A DNA stretch of 64,000 nt from Podarcis vaucheri. Its lineage: Eukaryota. Shown here piece by piece: positions 50,116-64,000 of this stretch (its first letter is position 1; each line of letters opens with the position of its first letter). A program made the translations under genes and the position numbers. The stretch lies in NCBI GenBank assembly GCA_965113315.1, contig OZ220372.1; one strand, 5' to 3'. The notes below the pieces were generated by a model that searched no databases, had not been told where the DNA came from, and worked only from the letters and a program-made list of their open reading frames with translations.

Positions 50116-51536
50116 GTAAGTAACACTTGAAGTTGCTGGGACAGATTTTGCTTTTGATACTTGACACTTGAGATTGGAAGAAGCTTGTCAATATGACCAA
50201 GGGACTGCAACCTACCAAGTACTGCTGCCATGTGGTTTATGTAGAAGTCCATGAATGGTGCACTGAAATGCACTGGAGGCTGTGCTTTGTGGTTGGCACC
50301 TTGTGGCTGGTTCATGCACATGTATACATCTCCTGAGTTCTATTTATTTATATTTATTCACAATATTTATATGTCACCCAACAGCAAAGGTTCTTTGGGT
50401 GGGTTACGCAACATGAAATCAGAAACGAGGTAAAGCTAGAAAGAGTGAGTAACATAAAAGCATGAAAAAATTATGTATTTTATTAATACTACATTTATAT
50501 ACAACCTTTCCTCCCAAGGAGCTCAATGTGCAACCTATGGCTCTTAATCTCTGCCCTGCCACTGGCGCCTCCCACCAGCACTTCCAGCATTTTCCCATTA
50601 AAACACTGTAAGGTAGATGAAGCTGAGAAATAATTACTGGTCTCTAATCACTCGGTGAGCTTCATGACTGGGGATTTGAATCCTAGGCTCCAGATCCTAG
50701 TCCAGCATTCTAACAACAACAAAATAGAAAAGTCTTCACCTGGTGCCAAAGAAATCAAAGTACATGCCAAGCAAGTGTCTCTGGGAGGATGTTTCACAAC
50801 TGGGGTGCCACCTCTAAGAAGGCCCTCTCTCCCTCTCCCTATATGCCTCATTTGATGGGGGCACCTGAATAAGCTTCAGAAGATAATCTTAAGGTTCAGG
50901 TGGGCATATGTGAGAGAAGGCAGTTCTTCAGAAAATCTGATTTCAAGACATTCATGGTTGTAAAGTTAACTGTTTAAATTGGGTCTGGAAATAGTCTGGA
51001 TGCCAGTTCACATGGCACAACACTGAAGTAATCTTAACAGCCAATCTTATCGAATAATTTAGCTTGGGGACCAAATGGACCTTTTTCAAAGGTATTACAC
51101 TGCAGTAGCCCAGCTGGGAGGTTACCAGGCTGGGCCTGTGGATAACTGTAGGAAGAGTTAAGTTCCTCTGGCTTCCCTAAGATGCTGTTTGTATCTTCAG
51201 TGACCATTCTAGATCCAAGAGCACTCCAAAACTTCATGCTAGTGTAACTTCTTTCATTTTCCAAATTCGATGCTGCTGCCACCATTTCATTGTCTTGAGT
51301 CTAAATTTCTTGTCTTCACCCGAGTTTCTCAATCTTATCTGGTACCTTTGTTTCTCTGTTTTTAATATGCACCAGTGAAAGAGATTAGATTTCATTTGCA
51401 ATATCAGGTGGTGTCCTGATCCACTGTACACTGGCCATAATACATTTTTTGTTTAATGGTGAACACATTAAATTTGGTTTGGAGTATCATTCTCTGTGGA
51501 TTCAGTCCCTTAACTAAACTGCTTTCTTTCTTTTAG

Positions 51537-51616
51537 CTAACCAGTTGCCAGCAGGCTTAATAACTGCAGATGGCCAACAACAAAATGTTATGGTTTATAC
51601 AACATCTTATCAACAG
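51537..51616 (+). CDS. NFYB: NF-YB coding exon 5 (TNQLPAGLITADGQQQNVMVYTTSYQQ)
   Basis: 80 nt, ttttag acceptor, CAG|GTACAG donor. Confidence 0.96.
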
Positions 51617-51822
51617 GTACAGTGCTTCCGGTTCTTTTTCTCCTGACTTATATTTAAATATTCCCAGTTTCTGTAGCTACAGCTGATAGCAACCAGACAG
51701 GTAATAAACAAGTCCAGTGGTTCTAAATCAGCACTTGTTTAACAGTTGAACCTTCCAAATAAATGCATGTGCTTCTATTGTAAATTGTTGAAATTAACCT
51801 ATCTTTGTTTTGCACTCCCTAG

Positions 51823-51855
51823 ATCTCTGGTGTTCAGCAAATTCAGTTCTCATGA
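51823..51855 (+). CDS. NFYB: NF-YB last coding exon (ISGVQQIQFS*)
   Basis: cctag acceptor, TGA stop; total CDS 615 nt = 204 aa plus stop. Confidence 0.96.
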   Translation: MSGVQQIQFS

Positions 51856-52243
51856 TTTGAAGATGGCTTTGGATTTGGGAACTTGAAAGAGATGGGCAAG
51901 GAAATGGGAATGCTGAAAGGGAGGAAAACTTTGGTTTAAAATGGCTGGTCACTTTGTATATATAATAGCTGTAATGTAGCTGCCTGAGGCTTGACTAATT
52001 GAGGTGTGAACTCTGACTCAAACCTTTTTTCATGAATGATTTTAAAAGAAATTGGATTTTAAAGGTATTAAAGTATTTTTGTTTTGTACAAGAGTTTGTT
52101 GCTCTGTATAACTCCTGTATGCATTGTATATTGCAATTTACTACTGTCAGAGATTTGTAGACAGTTTCTTATTTTCATATTGAATCATGTTACTTTTGTA
52201 ATTCAAGTAAACAGCTGGGTAATTAATTCAAGTTTACCCTTTG

Positions 52244-52249
52244 AATAAA
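52244..52249 (+). terminator. Candidate NFYB polyadenylation signal AATAAA (second candidate 52942-52947)
   Basis: AATAAA in AU-rich 3' UTR followed by U/GU-rich sequence. Confidence 0.5.
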
Positions 52250-54117
52250 ACATAAGGGTACAGTTCATTTTGAATGCAAGTTGCCTTTATTATAAAAAAT
52301 GAGATTTTGTTTTGTAACTGTCTTGCATGACTAAAGTTGCGTTAACATATTTATTAATATTTCGACTTTGAAAGGGAATTCCTCAAGCGCCAGCAGTTCA
52401 AAAGAAGTGCTCCCAGTGTTTTAATGTAATGATTGAATTAATGTGAATCCAGAAGTATCCAGTCTCTAGATCTTAGCATTAGAAGCTTGGGACATAATCT
52501 ACCAAGAACTGTTTTGCACAAGTTTTCACAAGACAATAACTGTCTTCTGCAGGGCTAGTTCTGTGGATTGCCTGGTGCCCCATAACAGTGTTAACTGTAC
52601 ATTGTAGTGCAGTCCCTATTTCGCAACAACTAGAAGTATGTAGTAGAGTTTCTTTTGTTGATTCCATTGACTTAGGGGCATTCGTCTCACTGCTTTTGAA
52701 ATAAACCCTTTTTAAGTTATGATCTCTCTTCATAAAAGCCAAATTCTCTTTACTCATTTGCAACAGTTTGATAGTCTTTTGGTAATTCATCATTATTCTC
52801 TAAACTTCTCCATTTCCATGCTTGATGGGAATTCTGAACTGTTTATAACATTTGTGGAGTGTGTGGGTGTATGCTTGTGTCTGAATGGATCTGAAATGGA
52901 AGACTTCAGTTTGCACTTGGCTGGTGTTTTCCCATCTTTGCAATAAACTGCCATATACCTAAATAATATTACTTAATTTTGTATATGAACAGATTGTGCC
53001 AAAGACCACCTGTTCTGGTACATTTAGTGTCTAGATTGGGGGGGGGGGGTGAATATTTTGCTGGTGCAACATTATACTGTTGCTATTAGGATAAAACTAC
53101 TAGCTTTAGCCACCCTATAGCTCAAAGCAATTGCAAGGCATAGGGGTGGGGAACCTTGATTCTCTTACCCGGCTTTCTGGAAGCTTTGAGCTATAGTTCT
53201 GCTGTTCAGACGCCTTGTACTAGGATTGATTGCTGACTTGTTTCACATATTTTATGAATTATGTATTGGAGCTAAAAGCTCAAATGCTGCCTCAGGTCCC
53301 ACATAGCCAAAGAATGCAGGTGATGCACTTGACAAGGCATGGGAACTTAACAAAAAGTGAAGTTGGCCTCAGTAGGACCTATCCATAGCCAGTATGGCCC
53401 TTTTAATAATGGAGCTAGGACAAAGCAATTAAGTTATGTGTATGATGAGAATTATATATATGCTGCAATGCTCCCCATAGTAAGTATGGGGAGACTTCTG
53501 TAGAAGGACAGAACTTTCATCCAACTATAATTCTTGTCTGATATTTTATATGGAAAATGTAAGTCTAGAACTCAAGTGTTCAGCAGCTTCCACGACAGGG
53601 TAGTTAATGTTATTAAAACACTACTTTCTGTAAATCACCCCCCATAGTTAAATAGGAAGTTAAGTCGAGTGTTTGCTTTTATTCACCACTTGCTTTCAGG
53701 AATCTGTGGTTAGAGTATACTTTAAAACAAATAGGTATGACAGTCTGAAGAACTGTTATGTCTAGAACCCTGATGTGCAAACTGCCATTTTATTTTCCTG
53801 GAATATGTCATTATATACTGTCCCTCTTGCTGTTTTTATCAGATGACTCCTGAGCTACTGTGTAAAACTATCTTGAGTTCTCCAGGAAATGGCATTTCGC
53901 CTTGGTAATTTTATCTTGTGCATCGGATATTCTCACAAACAATGGGAGACTTATATTGTGCCACTGCTATCTCAATCCTGACCAACTAGATGAAATTCAA
54001 GTTGGTTGAAAAGAGAATAATGCAGCAAGGAAACAAATTAACTAAATGTTTATAAAACATCTGCCCAATCTAATTATCAATGGATTGCAACTGGCTTATT
54101 AATTGTGCAGTTGAGTA

Positions 54118-54341
54118 CAGTGGTACCTCGGGTTACATACGCTTAGGTTACAGACTCCGCTAACCCAAAATATTACCTCAGGTTAAGAACTTTGCTTCAG
54201 GATGAGAACAGAAATCGTGCTCTGGCAGCACGGCAGCAGCAGGAGGCCCCATTAGCTAAAGTGGTGCTTCAGGTTAAGAACAGTCTCAGGTTAAGAATTG
54301 ACTTCTAGACCGAATTAAGTACTTAACCCGAGGTACCACTG
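54118..54341. mobile_element. Tc1/mariner (Tigger-like) MITE
   Basis: TIR CAGTGGTACCTCGGGTTA with TA TSD; same family as 31401-31642. Confidence 0.92.
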
Positions 54342-57300
54342 TATTACTTATTTCATAAAATTTATACACCACTTGATTGTAAAAAACCTCAAAACAGTTT
54401 ACGTTACACACCATTACTATCAGTGTTGCTGTTTTGTTAGTGCTTATTTGTAGCAAGACACTGGAGGGGATAATACTATACTGAAGGGACATGTAAAAGT
54501 GATGTAGTATAGTAATTTCTATCCCCACCTGTGAAATACTTGCACAGTGACCATTCAGTAGAATTGCACTGTCTTGGAGTCCAGAAGGCACATGCTACGC
54601 CAATCACAATACAGTAACACTAAATGGGTCTGGCAGTCCCAATATGCTACACTGAGTTCTAATATGGAAGATGAGAAATATATTAAGGCGCCACCTAATC
54701 ATGTTATGAACCCAGGCCCTGCAGTCATGATCCCCTTTGTGTACCCCCTTCACAGGTTTGGAGGGCATCAGCTCAAGAGGCAGCCTTTTCAGTAGTGGTC
54801 CCCTGAGCTTTTGGTTCTTAACTCCAGAAAACCACTTTTTAAAAAGTGTACCAGTAAACATGATTATTAGGACAAATCACTTTATTATTACAAAGAACAA
54901 TGCTACTTTTGTTGTACAAAATACTGGATTTCTTTGTAGAGACTATTTCAGCCATAAGACAGTAACTAGCTGGCTTTAACCATATCCTCAACATTCCAGT
55001 TAACTGACACCATTTTTGTTAAAGTTTATGGCTTGCTGATGTGCTCTACTTCGAAACTATGGTCAAATATTGCTATAAATCATACATAATAATGGCCGCA
55101 TTCATGTAAATGTATCTTGCCTCAAGAAACAAAGATAACATTTTGACAGCACTTTCCAACCAGGAAGCCTCTATTCAACCACAGTTTCCCGTTGTTTCCA
55201 CACTGGGAAATGATCGTTGCCTCTTTTGGAACAAGTGAGAATAATAAACCAACTTCAAGTAATGGTTTAATATTCTGCCTTCTCCTGAAGTTGGTTACCA
55301 TAGTTTCCTAGCTCAGACAAAATAGGGAACTATGGTTAATAAGAGGCTTCCGATTCTGACTACCCAAAATCCAAAGGGCTTACAAGTGCAACCAAAAGTC
55401 TTTTTTATATTGTGGCTTATTAAGTCAAGATATAATCATGCAAATCTGGCCAGTTACTTGTTCACATAGCTATATATTCATTGTCACAAAACATCTTAAG
55501 TTAAATGGATGTAGTATGTCATAAATAGCATGGATGTTTCTACTTATAATTTTCATACAAAGCCCATTATTCCTTGAAGTTGCTATAAGATGGGTTCAGA
55601 TTTATACAAGATGTTGCACATACATTTTAACAAATGCAAACAAAAAGAGCATCCACCAGTTTCTCAAACAGCCTGGTTTTATATTTTCAGTGAAATTCTA
55701 ATGGGTCAGATATCCAAATATACTGATTAGATATTTACGCTACACAGAATAGGCCTCAAATATAAAATTTAAAGGGGGATTTATACATTTTAAGTGCTAT
55801 TGACAGGAACAGGCCACAAAAATAGTTATACAATTGGGGTGGGGGATAGCTACAGAAAACCAATAAGCATGTTACTAATCTCATGTATACAGGGGAAGAC
55901 TGTAGACGTATGATAAATTATATAAGATCCTATTGGCATAAGCACACTTACACTGAAAATCATGTCTGGATTAACACTGCCACAAATTTACCTTTGGTAG
56001 TCATGACATACCCTTAAAAACAAGTGCAGAAACATGAACTCAAAGTGCAAAAATACTCACAGATATACTCAACAGATCATATTGTTAAGTAATGTATCTA
56101 CAATCAAAAGTTATTCATAGCTAAGTAGCCACACAAGATTTCTCACATTCTGCCACAGCTTGCCTCCCTTAAAAAAGTTTTTTTTTAATAAAAAAAATAC
56201 ACAATTGCTTAGATCCCCCCCTTTAATATGAAAAGTTTCTTTACAATCCTATGGCAGCTCTAGATCCAATCCAGAGTTGGAAGTAGTGTGTGGTGACCAA
56301 GGAGGAGGGAAGCACATTGCTTGTCTATGACAATTCAGGGAAGAACTAAGGTTCTGGCAATAGCATTTATTTTACTATGAAGGCCTTCCTTTAGCTTTGA
56401 AGACTGGGTTGAATTCAATGAAGTCACTCCAGCTGTGGAAGAACATCCACTCACGCAGTGGAAATTCTCCCATCCCTGTGACCCTGCACCTCTCAAATCT
56501 GTTCTGGGGCCCTGAAGGAAACCCAAGAGCAGATTCAGGGGTACACGGGGAGAGGGGAGGAAATGTCCCGCTGCACGAGTGGAATTTGCTCCACAAGCGC
56601 AACGACTGTTGGATATAACCCTCTGACCTTAAACATTTCTTGAAGTTTAGATTTCACAGCACTAGTTAAGAACAACCTAAGTCTTATCTTCGGTCCCAAG
56701 ATATTCTGTACTCATTGTGTAGCTTATATAATTTTAATTACCAAGGATATTCAGAATCTTACGGCAGCTTCACATATTTTTTCTGAAGTGGGGATAATTT
56801 TAGAAAGGTTGTGTAACTTGAATGAAATGTTCATTCATTTCACCCTGCACAGCTTAGGAAAACAAAACTGACACAGTATTAGAAAGTTCCATGACTGATA
56901 CCTTTCCAACATAAAAACTGAACATGTTAAGTTCTATTGATGAACTCGATGTATAACCCATTTAACTGGGTGTGCAGTTATAAGAGTGGCCTGGCATGTT
57001 TAGCTTGATATATAAAATACACCAAGCCTTATATCTCATTATCATAGACACAACTTAGTTGATGTAAACCCCACCCCCTTCTTTAGGGAGTAGCCAACAG
57101 AAAGTGCTACTTAATTTTTTATTGATTCAAGAACACTTAAGAAATGTTTGCCATTGGTCTTTCATGGCACTATCGATTGTGCTGCAGTACGTACACTGTG
57201 CCAACATATCTACTGTGAAGATAGTATTCTACTGTTAAAGGAAAGGCCACAAGTTCTAATGTACTGAATCTCTTGGTGGTCATTTGACCAAGTCTCTTTT

Positions 57301-57574
57301 CCTTACCGTGTTAGTCGCTGCTGGGGATGAAGCTAGATGAGTTGGGTTTTGCACGGACTTTGGGCAAGTCACATTCTCTCACCTTCAGTTTCCCCATTTC
57401 AAAATGGACTACTAGCAGCCTTCCTCAAAGAAGTCCTGTTAGAGTGAACAAGGAATGATTGCAAACCACTAGCATTACCCTATCCACTTCAAAACTGATC
57501 TTGTAGATCGAGTACTTCCCCTCTTTAATTTATTAGGCATTGATAGAAAAAAAATGGAAGTGCAAAATTTTCAC

Positions 57575-57580
57575 TTTATT
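57575..57580 (-). terminator. Candidate HCFC2 distal polyadenylation signal
   Basis: AATAAA on minus strand at the end of an AU-rich, repeat-poor tract; other candidates exist. Confidence 0.3.
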
Positions 57581-59187
57581 GCACATTTGCATTTAGCCAG
57601 GTTTCAAAACAAAATAATCTTATTTAAATGCTAAAGGATGCAATCCATAGGAACCTGCACAGGGCCCATCCAAATAAATGTAAATTGCACAGCTGTTCAC
57701 AAAGCCATGTCCCTGTTGGATTGTGCCTTACGCTATATTCACCTAGTGCAACCTTTGACAACTTGGTGACTTCCAAATGTTTTGGACTACAACTCCCATC
57801 AGACGCCGCACAGCTGTGGAGGCACCAGGCTGGTGAAGGCTGACAGCATACAGGCATATTTTAGCTATTTTACTCTATAATTTGGTAAATAACTATTTAT
57901 TTATAAAACGGCATCCAACTGCCTCTATTTAGTACACTTGTGTGTTTAGGAACAGATTAACATTCCTATTAAGGATCGCTTCACGCACAACATTTTTGCT
58001 ACAAAGGTGTAGGGTGAATATGCATAGCCATGTACTCTGCCATAGATGAACATTGTCCTGGTGTCTTTTTTTGCAGTGCACATGCTGTTTTTTCTCTACT
58101 CCCTTGTAGGAAAAAAGTGAAGGCGCCTGAAGCGGCTGGCACATTAGTGATAAGATGATCAAGGTAAAAGTATATTAAACAACACTATTAGGATATAAAA
58201 ACTAAGGCAAAAACAAGCCATTGAGAAAATTAATGGGAAAAGAAAAATGTACGCCACAGAAGCATGCAAATATGTGCAAATCTGCTTTAACTATAGACCA
58301 CTACAGAAATTTTCTGGAAACAACACAAAATGTTACAAAGTTAAATTCTTATTAGTGCAAAATAGCATGAATATGCCACAACAAAGCATACAGTTTTCTT
58401 TTCTTTTTTAAAAAATGAAGCATACATCATGGAGGACTTTAACATGTAAAGACTCTTGTAAACATTCAAAATATCTACAGATTTAACGTTCCCATGCCCA
58501 CGAGAAACTAAGAGTAGTGCATTTACACTAAGTTTGTTTTTCATAACAGATTTGACCAGTTGAGCAATTTGCATATCATCAGGGGATAGTTTCCAAGATT
58601 AGAATGTGTTTACAAACACTAGAAAAATCTTTACAAAAATGAATATATTAAAATATTCTATACATTTTAAGTTACTGTAAACTGAAATAACTTGCCTAGC
58701 ACTAAGATAACATGATGAATATGGAATATAAGCTAAAGGAGAACAGATCTGCATGAAGATCAAGATGGGGAGTGAACAACTCCTGCTCATTTATGATCAC
58801 CTATATCTCTTTTGCATTTGCTTGAGAGTCTTCAGGGCTGACTTGATTATGTGATGTCGCTTTGTCTAACCAATTGGTCAGTTTTTTGGAAGACTTGCCT
58901 TTGCCCTCTGGCATCTTTTCACCATGTCTCTGTTGTAAAGTAGAAGCCACGTAATACAGAGACTTAAAAGGTATTGAAGTGGGTGTAACAGGTCCAGCCT
59001 GAAATGGCAGCTGAAAGCAGCCCATCCTTGAGAAAGATGTCCACTCATCCCTCAGCTAGCCATCAGCTTAGGCGAAGATATTCTTTTAATTCTTGCTTGG
59101 ACGGAAGAATGCCAGGGGAACAGAGCACAAGATCTGCTGCCTCAGCGCAGAGACCAATGCTGAGCTCTTCAGAGACTTCTCCCATAA

Positions 59188-59321
59188 GAGGGCTTTTTTT
59201 CACCTGGAACTCACCAGAACTGTTCCAGCACCTCTCCAATGGGTGCCACTACCATTATAAGAGAACAAGGGAGGTGTTCATGGTGAATTCTGGCACCTCT
59301 TTTTCTAGAAAAATAGCACTG
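59188..59321. mobile_element. Small hAT-like MITE in the HCFC2 3' region
   Basis: Termini (G)AGGGCTTTTTTT / AAAAATAGCACTG, internal GCACCTCT repeats. Confidence 0.6.
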
Positions 59322-59929
59322 GTTGTCGTTCCCACCAGCAAATTTGAATACATGGGAAGAAGGAAATGCATGCTTGATTTTCAAACTGACAAACTCACTC
59401 CACTCATTCTCCACAAATTACGGAGAATTTCAGCATACCCTGCCAGACTTACGGATATTTATTTTATTTAAATACATAAAACCTTCCTATGCTTTTTTAA
59501 TTTTCTGGTATGGGCAAGTCGTGTCTGGTATGGTGCCTATACAAAGGTCGTGAAAGAAAGCAGTGTATTTGCAACAACCCCTGTGTTACTAAAGTGGTAT
59601 AGGGGGAAAAGGGAGACAATTCACATTCATCTGAAAAAGCTTAAATGGTAAATTTTGATTCAATCTATCAGCATTAGGCAATTGCTGTTATGTTTGCAAA
59701 CCAAATACTTTACTTTCAGCATCTCTAATGTGATATATTTACTGCCATCTTTGAACAACATGTTCTGTAATAGTTCTATGGACTCCAAACCACAAGGATG
59801 TGCAAATAACCAGTTTGGGGAAACATTTCTTTCAGCTGCTCCCCAAATAAACCCCCAAACTGTATGTTAAGCTTCTCTGAGGGTTATGCTTCCAGACAGG
59901 TGTTTATTGTGGGATTCTCATGCATGCAA

Positions 59930-59960
<31 letters not shown>
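59930..59960 (+). repeat. (TTG)n microsatellite
   Basis: About 10 perfect units. Confidence 0.9.
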
Positions 59961-60766
59961 GCAGTGTCCACACAATGTTGTAGGCATCCAAGTGCTTGCC
60001 CATATCTCCCCCCTTTAAACTTTGATTTCCCCCTTTTCAAGGAAAATCCAATGAATTACAAAAATGCCAATAATGCATTTGTGTTATCTGAATAGCCCAT
60101 TTACGGTAGTAATTCCCCACCTGGAAGCACCGTAGGTTTGCCTTAAAAACAGTTCAAAGGGAATTCAACACAAGTTTGTGTGTTATTCTTTCAGATGGGC
60201 TTCTCTTTGAAAATGGTTCTCGTGCCAAATCACAAACTAGATTTTAAAATTCTGCAAATTTTTAAAATAAAACTGAGCATCTACATCTACGAACACAGGA
60301 AGCTGCTTTATACTGAGTCTGACCATTAGTCTATCTAACTCAGTAATGTCTACACTGACTGACAGGGCTCTCCAGAGAGGAGTCTTTTCCAGTTCTCTCT
60401 AGAGATGCCAAACTGCACTTGAGTCCTTTTTTATGCAAGCAAATGCTCTGCAACTGAGCTACAGCCCTTCTATATCTGTTGGAAGCTAATGCAACTGGGG
60501 ATCTATGTGTTGGGAGCTACTGGAAGGAAGACTCTCCAAAAATCTAGATGCATATGTAATCCTCTGAGTTATCAGCGTGGGACTCTAAAGTGACCTTACT
60601 AGATAAAGTGGTATGAAAAATGCAGCCACTGCAGGTGCAGTTCTGCAAGACTGTACAACGTTGATGCTGTGAAATTAAGACAATATCAAATGAAATATCT
60701 GACGGAGTTACAAAACGCCATGAGAGCTAACAGCTATTTCACAGCTTGCAGCACAATGTGCCATTT

Positions 60767-60792
60767 CTACTTTGAACTTGATGTTTTCGTTT
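60767..60792 (-). CDS. HCFC2: HCFC2 terminal coding exon (ETKTSSSK*)
   Basis: Strong acceptor tttttcctcttcctttgcag, phase 1 matching the WLQ G| donor, TAG stop. Confidence 0.75.
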
Positions 60793-61070
60793 CTGCAAAG
60801 GAAGAGGAAAAAGTTGCTTTAGATTTCCAGCATCCGGAACAGTCATGTTCAATCCGATACAGATAAACCACTTAATATCAAGAGTACTTGAACTTAAAGT
60901 CTGGATTTACTACCCTGCAAATGCCAGCTTGCAATCATAACAAACAGTGAAGCCCCATGAACAGGAGATTCATTTTCCATCTCCTAGCCCTGTGAAAGTC
61001 TTCTAGGGGCCAAAGCGTTACGTGCAATGGTACAGTGACACCCCACGTTTATTTCTCTCTGTCAGGGGTA

Positions 61071-61431
61071 AAGGTAAAGGTACCCCTGCCTGTACGGGCC
61101 AGTCTTGCCAGATTCTAGGGTTGTGCGCTCATCTCACTCTATAGGCCGGGAGCCAGTGCTGTCCGCAGACACTTCCGGGTCATGTGGCCAGTGTGACAAG
61201 CTGCATCTGGCGAGCCAGCGCAGCACACGGAACGCCATTTACCTTCTCGCTGGTAAGCGGTCCCTATTTATCTACTTGCACCCGGAGGTGCTTTCGAACT
61301 GCTAGGTTGGCAGGCGCTGGGACCGAACGACGGGAGCGCACCCCGCCGCGGGGATTTGAACTGCCAACCATGCGATCAGCAAGTCCTAGGCGCTGAGGTT
61401 TTACCCACAGTGCCACCCGCGTCCCTGTCAC
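61071..61431 (-). mobile_element. Sauria SINE in the last HCFC2 intron
   Basis: 14-bp TSD CTCTGTCAGGGGTA at 61057-61070 and 61432-61445. Confidence 0.93.
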
Positions 61432-62138
61432 CTCTGTCAGGGGTACACACCTTTTTTATTTTTATTGAAGGCCACACTGCTGTTAACTGTGGGTAAACAT
61501 TTTTATACATATTTAGCCCAGTGCTTTCTTTCAATTGCATTGTTACCCGCTTCCTCCTTTTCTCCCACAACCCCAGATCCTCATCTCTAAGCAATCTCTA
61601 TGTTTTTTCTGCAGTATATCTTTGCACCATGCATGATTGTATGTATCTTTTATCATGTCCCCCCATAGAGATCTTTTCTCTCAACTAAAAAGCTTCCAAC
61701 TCTTTAGTCCTTCCTCATAGAGGTGGTGTTTCAACACTCTGCTCCTTTTGGCAGCTATTGGCTGCATCTCTTCCAGTGCCAAGACACACAATTTAAGAAA
61801 GGCGACCAGAACCATTGATAAACAGATGTTCCTACAAAGAGATGGGAGTTGGCTGCATAAAGTCAGAGAAGTGGCTTTTGGCCCTTCAGTTTTGCACATC
61901 TGCCCAATGAAACGCTGATGCAACCCACAACCCATACTGCGCAACCCACAACAGCCTATGTTGAGCTAATAATTTGGACGAAGTGTCTCATGATTTCCAA
62001 ACATAAAATATATGCCAGTAGATAATTTTGACTTGACAATTATACAAATGTATTACTAAAGAACAAGTTCCCACAAACAAACAACCTGTACATATTATAG
62101 AGAAAAGTCAGGGTGTCTGAATAAATCATCCCCTTTAC

Positions 62139-62424
62139 CTTGGAGCCATCGAACTTGCGTGGCCGGTCCATATCCCCTTTCATTCTTGGCTGAAATCCTA
62201 AAAACTATGGCAGGTTTGGATGTGTGATCAACGTGGGCATTTGCAAGTTGGGCAGCAGTCACTGTACATGAGGTCTTAAGGCCACAATAGATTTTCATGA
62301 ACATAAGCTGATGAGGATTTTCATTCAGCTGGGTGGTTCTTATAGCCAAGTAGGCAGAATATTCCAAGATATTTCCTGAAGGCGAAACTGGAGGTTCCCA
62401 TGAAAGGTGAATACAATCTGCACT
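62139..62424 (-). CDS. HCFC2: Host cell factor C2 exon, C-terminal Fn3 repeat (SADCIHLSWEPPVSPSGNILEYSAYLAIR...ISAKNERGYGPATQVRWLQ)
   Basis: 286 nt, tcag acceptor, G|GTAAAG donor; GYGPATQVRWLQ is HCF-diagnostic; synteny with NFYB indicates HCFC2. Confidence 0.95.
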
Positions 62425-63256
62425 CTGAGGGGAAACGGGAAATTAATTTCACATTGTGTAGGTACTATCATATAAAGTTTCATTAGTTAATCAATACAGA
62501 ATAAGATTTATATTTCAGATTTAATTTGGGAGAAGAGAGATTTTAGGGTACCCAGCCATTTGTGAACAGGGCTGTTTCCTTTAATTTCAGGTATGTGAAA
62601 TGAGGGAAACACAGAGCACATGCTTCAATTCTGCACTCAGACCCTGGATAGGCAATTACCACTGCCCAAACCTAGGAGAATGGGCAATTAGTGTTTGTAA
62701 TGCACAAAAAAGTGCTCCATATATATTTTCCTGAGTAATTCTCTAGTAATCCTCAATGGTAGAGCTATATTATAATACAAGCTTCTTTTCTTTTTTTGGT
62801 GCTCTCCAGATGTTTTATACTACAACTCCCATCAGCACTAGCCAGTATAGCCAAGCTGGCTGGGGCTGATAGGGAACAGTAGTCCAAAAGATCTGAAGCA
62901 CTAAGTTTGGAAAAAATGTAATAATATATTACACAATACAGATATGGGGCTGAGGCAGAGACACAGCATCTTGCCTAAGGCCAACCAACGAGTTAATATG
63001 CCTGACCTGAAATTGAAATGAAGACTCCTTGCTCACAGCTCATGCTGACAGCCACAATGCTAAAGTGGATTAAGATTTTATGCATTCTGATTGCCTCCCC
63101 TGACTTTTGCTTATTTCAATTTCAAGTCTGCTTACTTTGCTCAGTGTACCTTATATTGCCATCACTGACTTTTACCAAGAATTGTGAGGTCTAAGAGTGG
63201 CCTCTTTAGCTTTGCATGGAACAAACACACAAATCCGGATGACTATCATTTCTTAC

Positions 63257-63442
63257 CTTGCTAATTTTGACAATGGAAGGTGCTCCAGGAAATCCTGGGA
63301 TACAGGTCTTAAATTCGCTGACTTTACTGAATGGCCCTATGCCACAGCCGTTAATTGCTGCAACCCTGAACCTGTATAAAGTGCCAGGAGCAAGATCCTG
63401 TTTCTTAAGTAAACTGTTGTTTGGAATATCTGCATTATCTAC
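63257..63442 (-). CDS. HCFC2: Host cell factor C2 exon, Fn3 (VDNADIPNNSLLKKQDLAPGTLYRFRVAAINGCGIGPFSKVSEFKTCIPGFPGAPSIVKISK)
   Basis: 186 nt, ttag acceptor, AAG|GTAAGA donor; FKTCIPGFPGAP motif. Confidence 0.96.
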
Positions 63443-64000
63443 CTAAGTTTAAAAAAAAGCATACAAAGACATATAAATTAAACATTAATTTGATCCATAT
63501 TTCTTAAAATAATCTAAAGAAACTAGCATGCTATTCCTTCGCAGATGGTGAATCCTGAATGCCTGCTAGGTTCAGCTTCCTTGTACAAGAAGTCATTAGC
63601 AATATTAAAGGTGTAAGGAGCACAGTTCAGGCAAACCTGAATGCGTTCAAAGCCCACTGATGTCAATGAAGCAACTGACCCCACCGCCACCCACCATGGC
63701 CCCCTCCACATCTTTCCCCCGTTTCTTCCTAATGTAACACTAATGTGTCAACAAATGAAACTGGCCTGTAGAAAATGAAACTTGAAAAAAGAGACATTGC
63801 ACAGACTTTTGTAAACCAAGAAATCTTTAATAAAAATATATATTAAAAATAGTAATAATAATGAAGCAACTGACATATATTTAAACCTTTCCCATTGTGG
63901 TAAGTGGGATTCTAATGGGCTTAACTTTGGCTGTGCTTGCAAACAAATCTTTCTAGGAGATCCTAGGTGTTGGGGATCTTAAAGTAACTTAGGAGGCAGG

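Noticed and set aside
58801-59471. 74-aa minus and 155-aa plus ORFs as a novel gene or HCFC2 last exon
   Set aside because: No homology recognised, partly a MITE, and the 58930 acceptor is out of phase with the long frame; probably HCFC2 3' UTR

Overview
Vertebrate genomic DNA from a squamate reptile, most likely a lacertid lizard (inferred from Sauria SINEs with (ACCTTT)n tails, squamate tRNA-SINEs, CR1/L2/L1 fragments and hAT/Tc1-mariner MITEs). It holds the conserved HCFC2-NFYB-TXNRD1 block: the 5' half of thioredoxin reductase 1 (TXNRD1, minus strand, running off the left edge), the complete NFYB gene (plus strand, 204 aa) and the last three coding exons of HCFC2 (minus strand). Most ORFs in the supplied track are spurious; the real exons were read by hand from splice sites. 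The most interesting signal is at the TXNRD1 5' end. (1) The canonical TrxR1 start codon (human M-N-G) is GTG here, while a strong-Kozak ATG sits upstream in the glutaredoxin-derived 110-nt exon, predicting a 35-aa extension with an LxxLL box. (2) A distal CpG-island exon (MGSSVRKGK) and a CSFC dithiol exon outline a glutaredoxin-fused TrxR1, but its donor is non-canonical and the expected linking exon could not be found. (3) Twin identical 19-bp antioxidant-response-element-like sites lie upstream of the core promoter. Comparisons with human or chicken genes are from memory and need confirming by alignment. There is one assembly gap (26644-26775).
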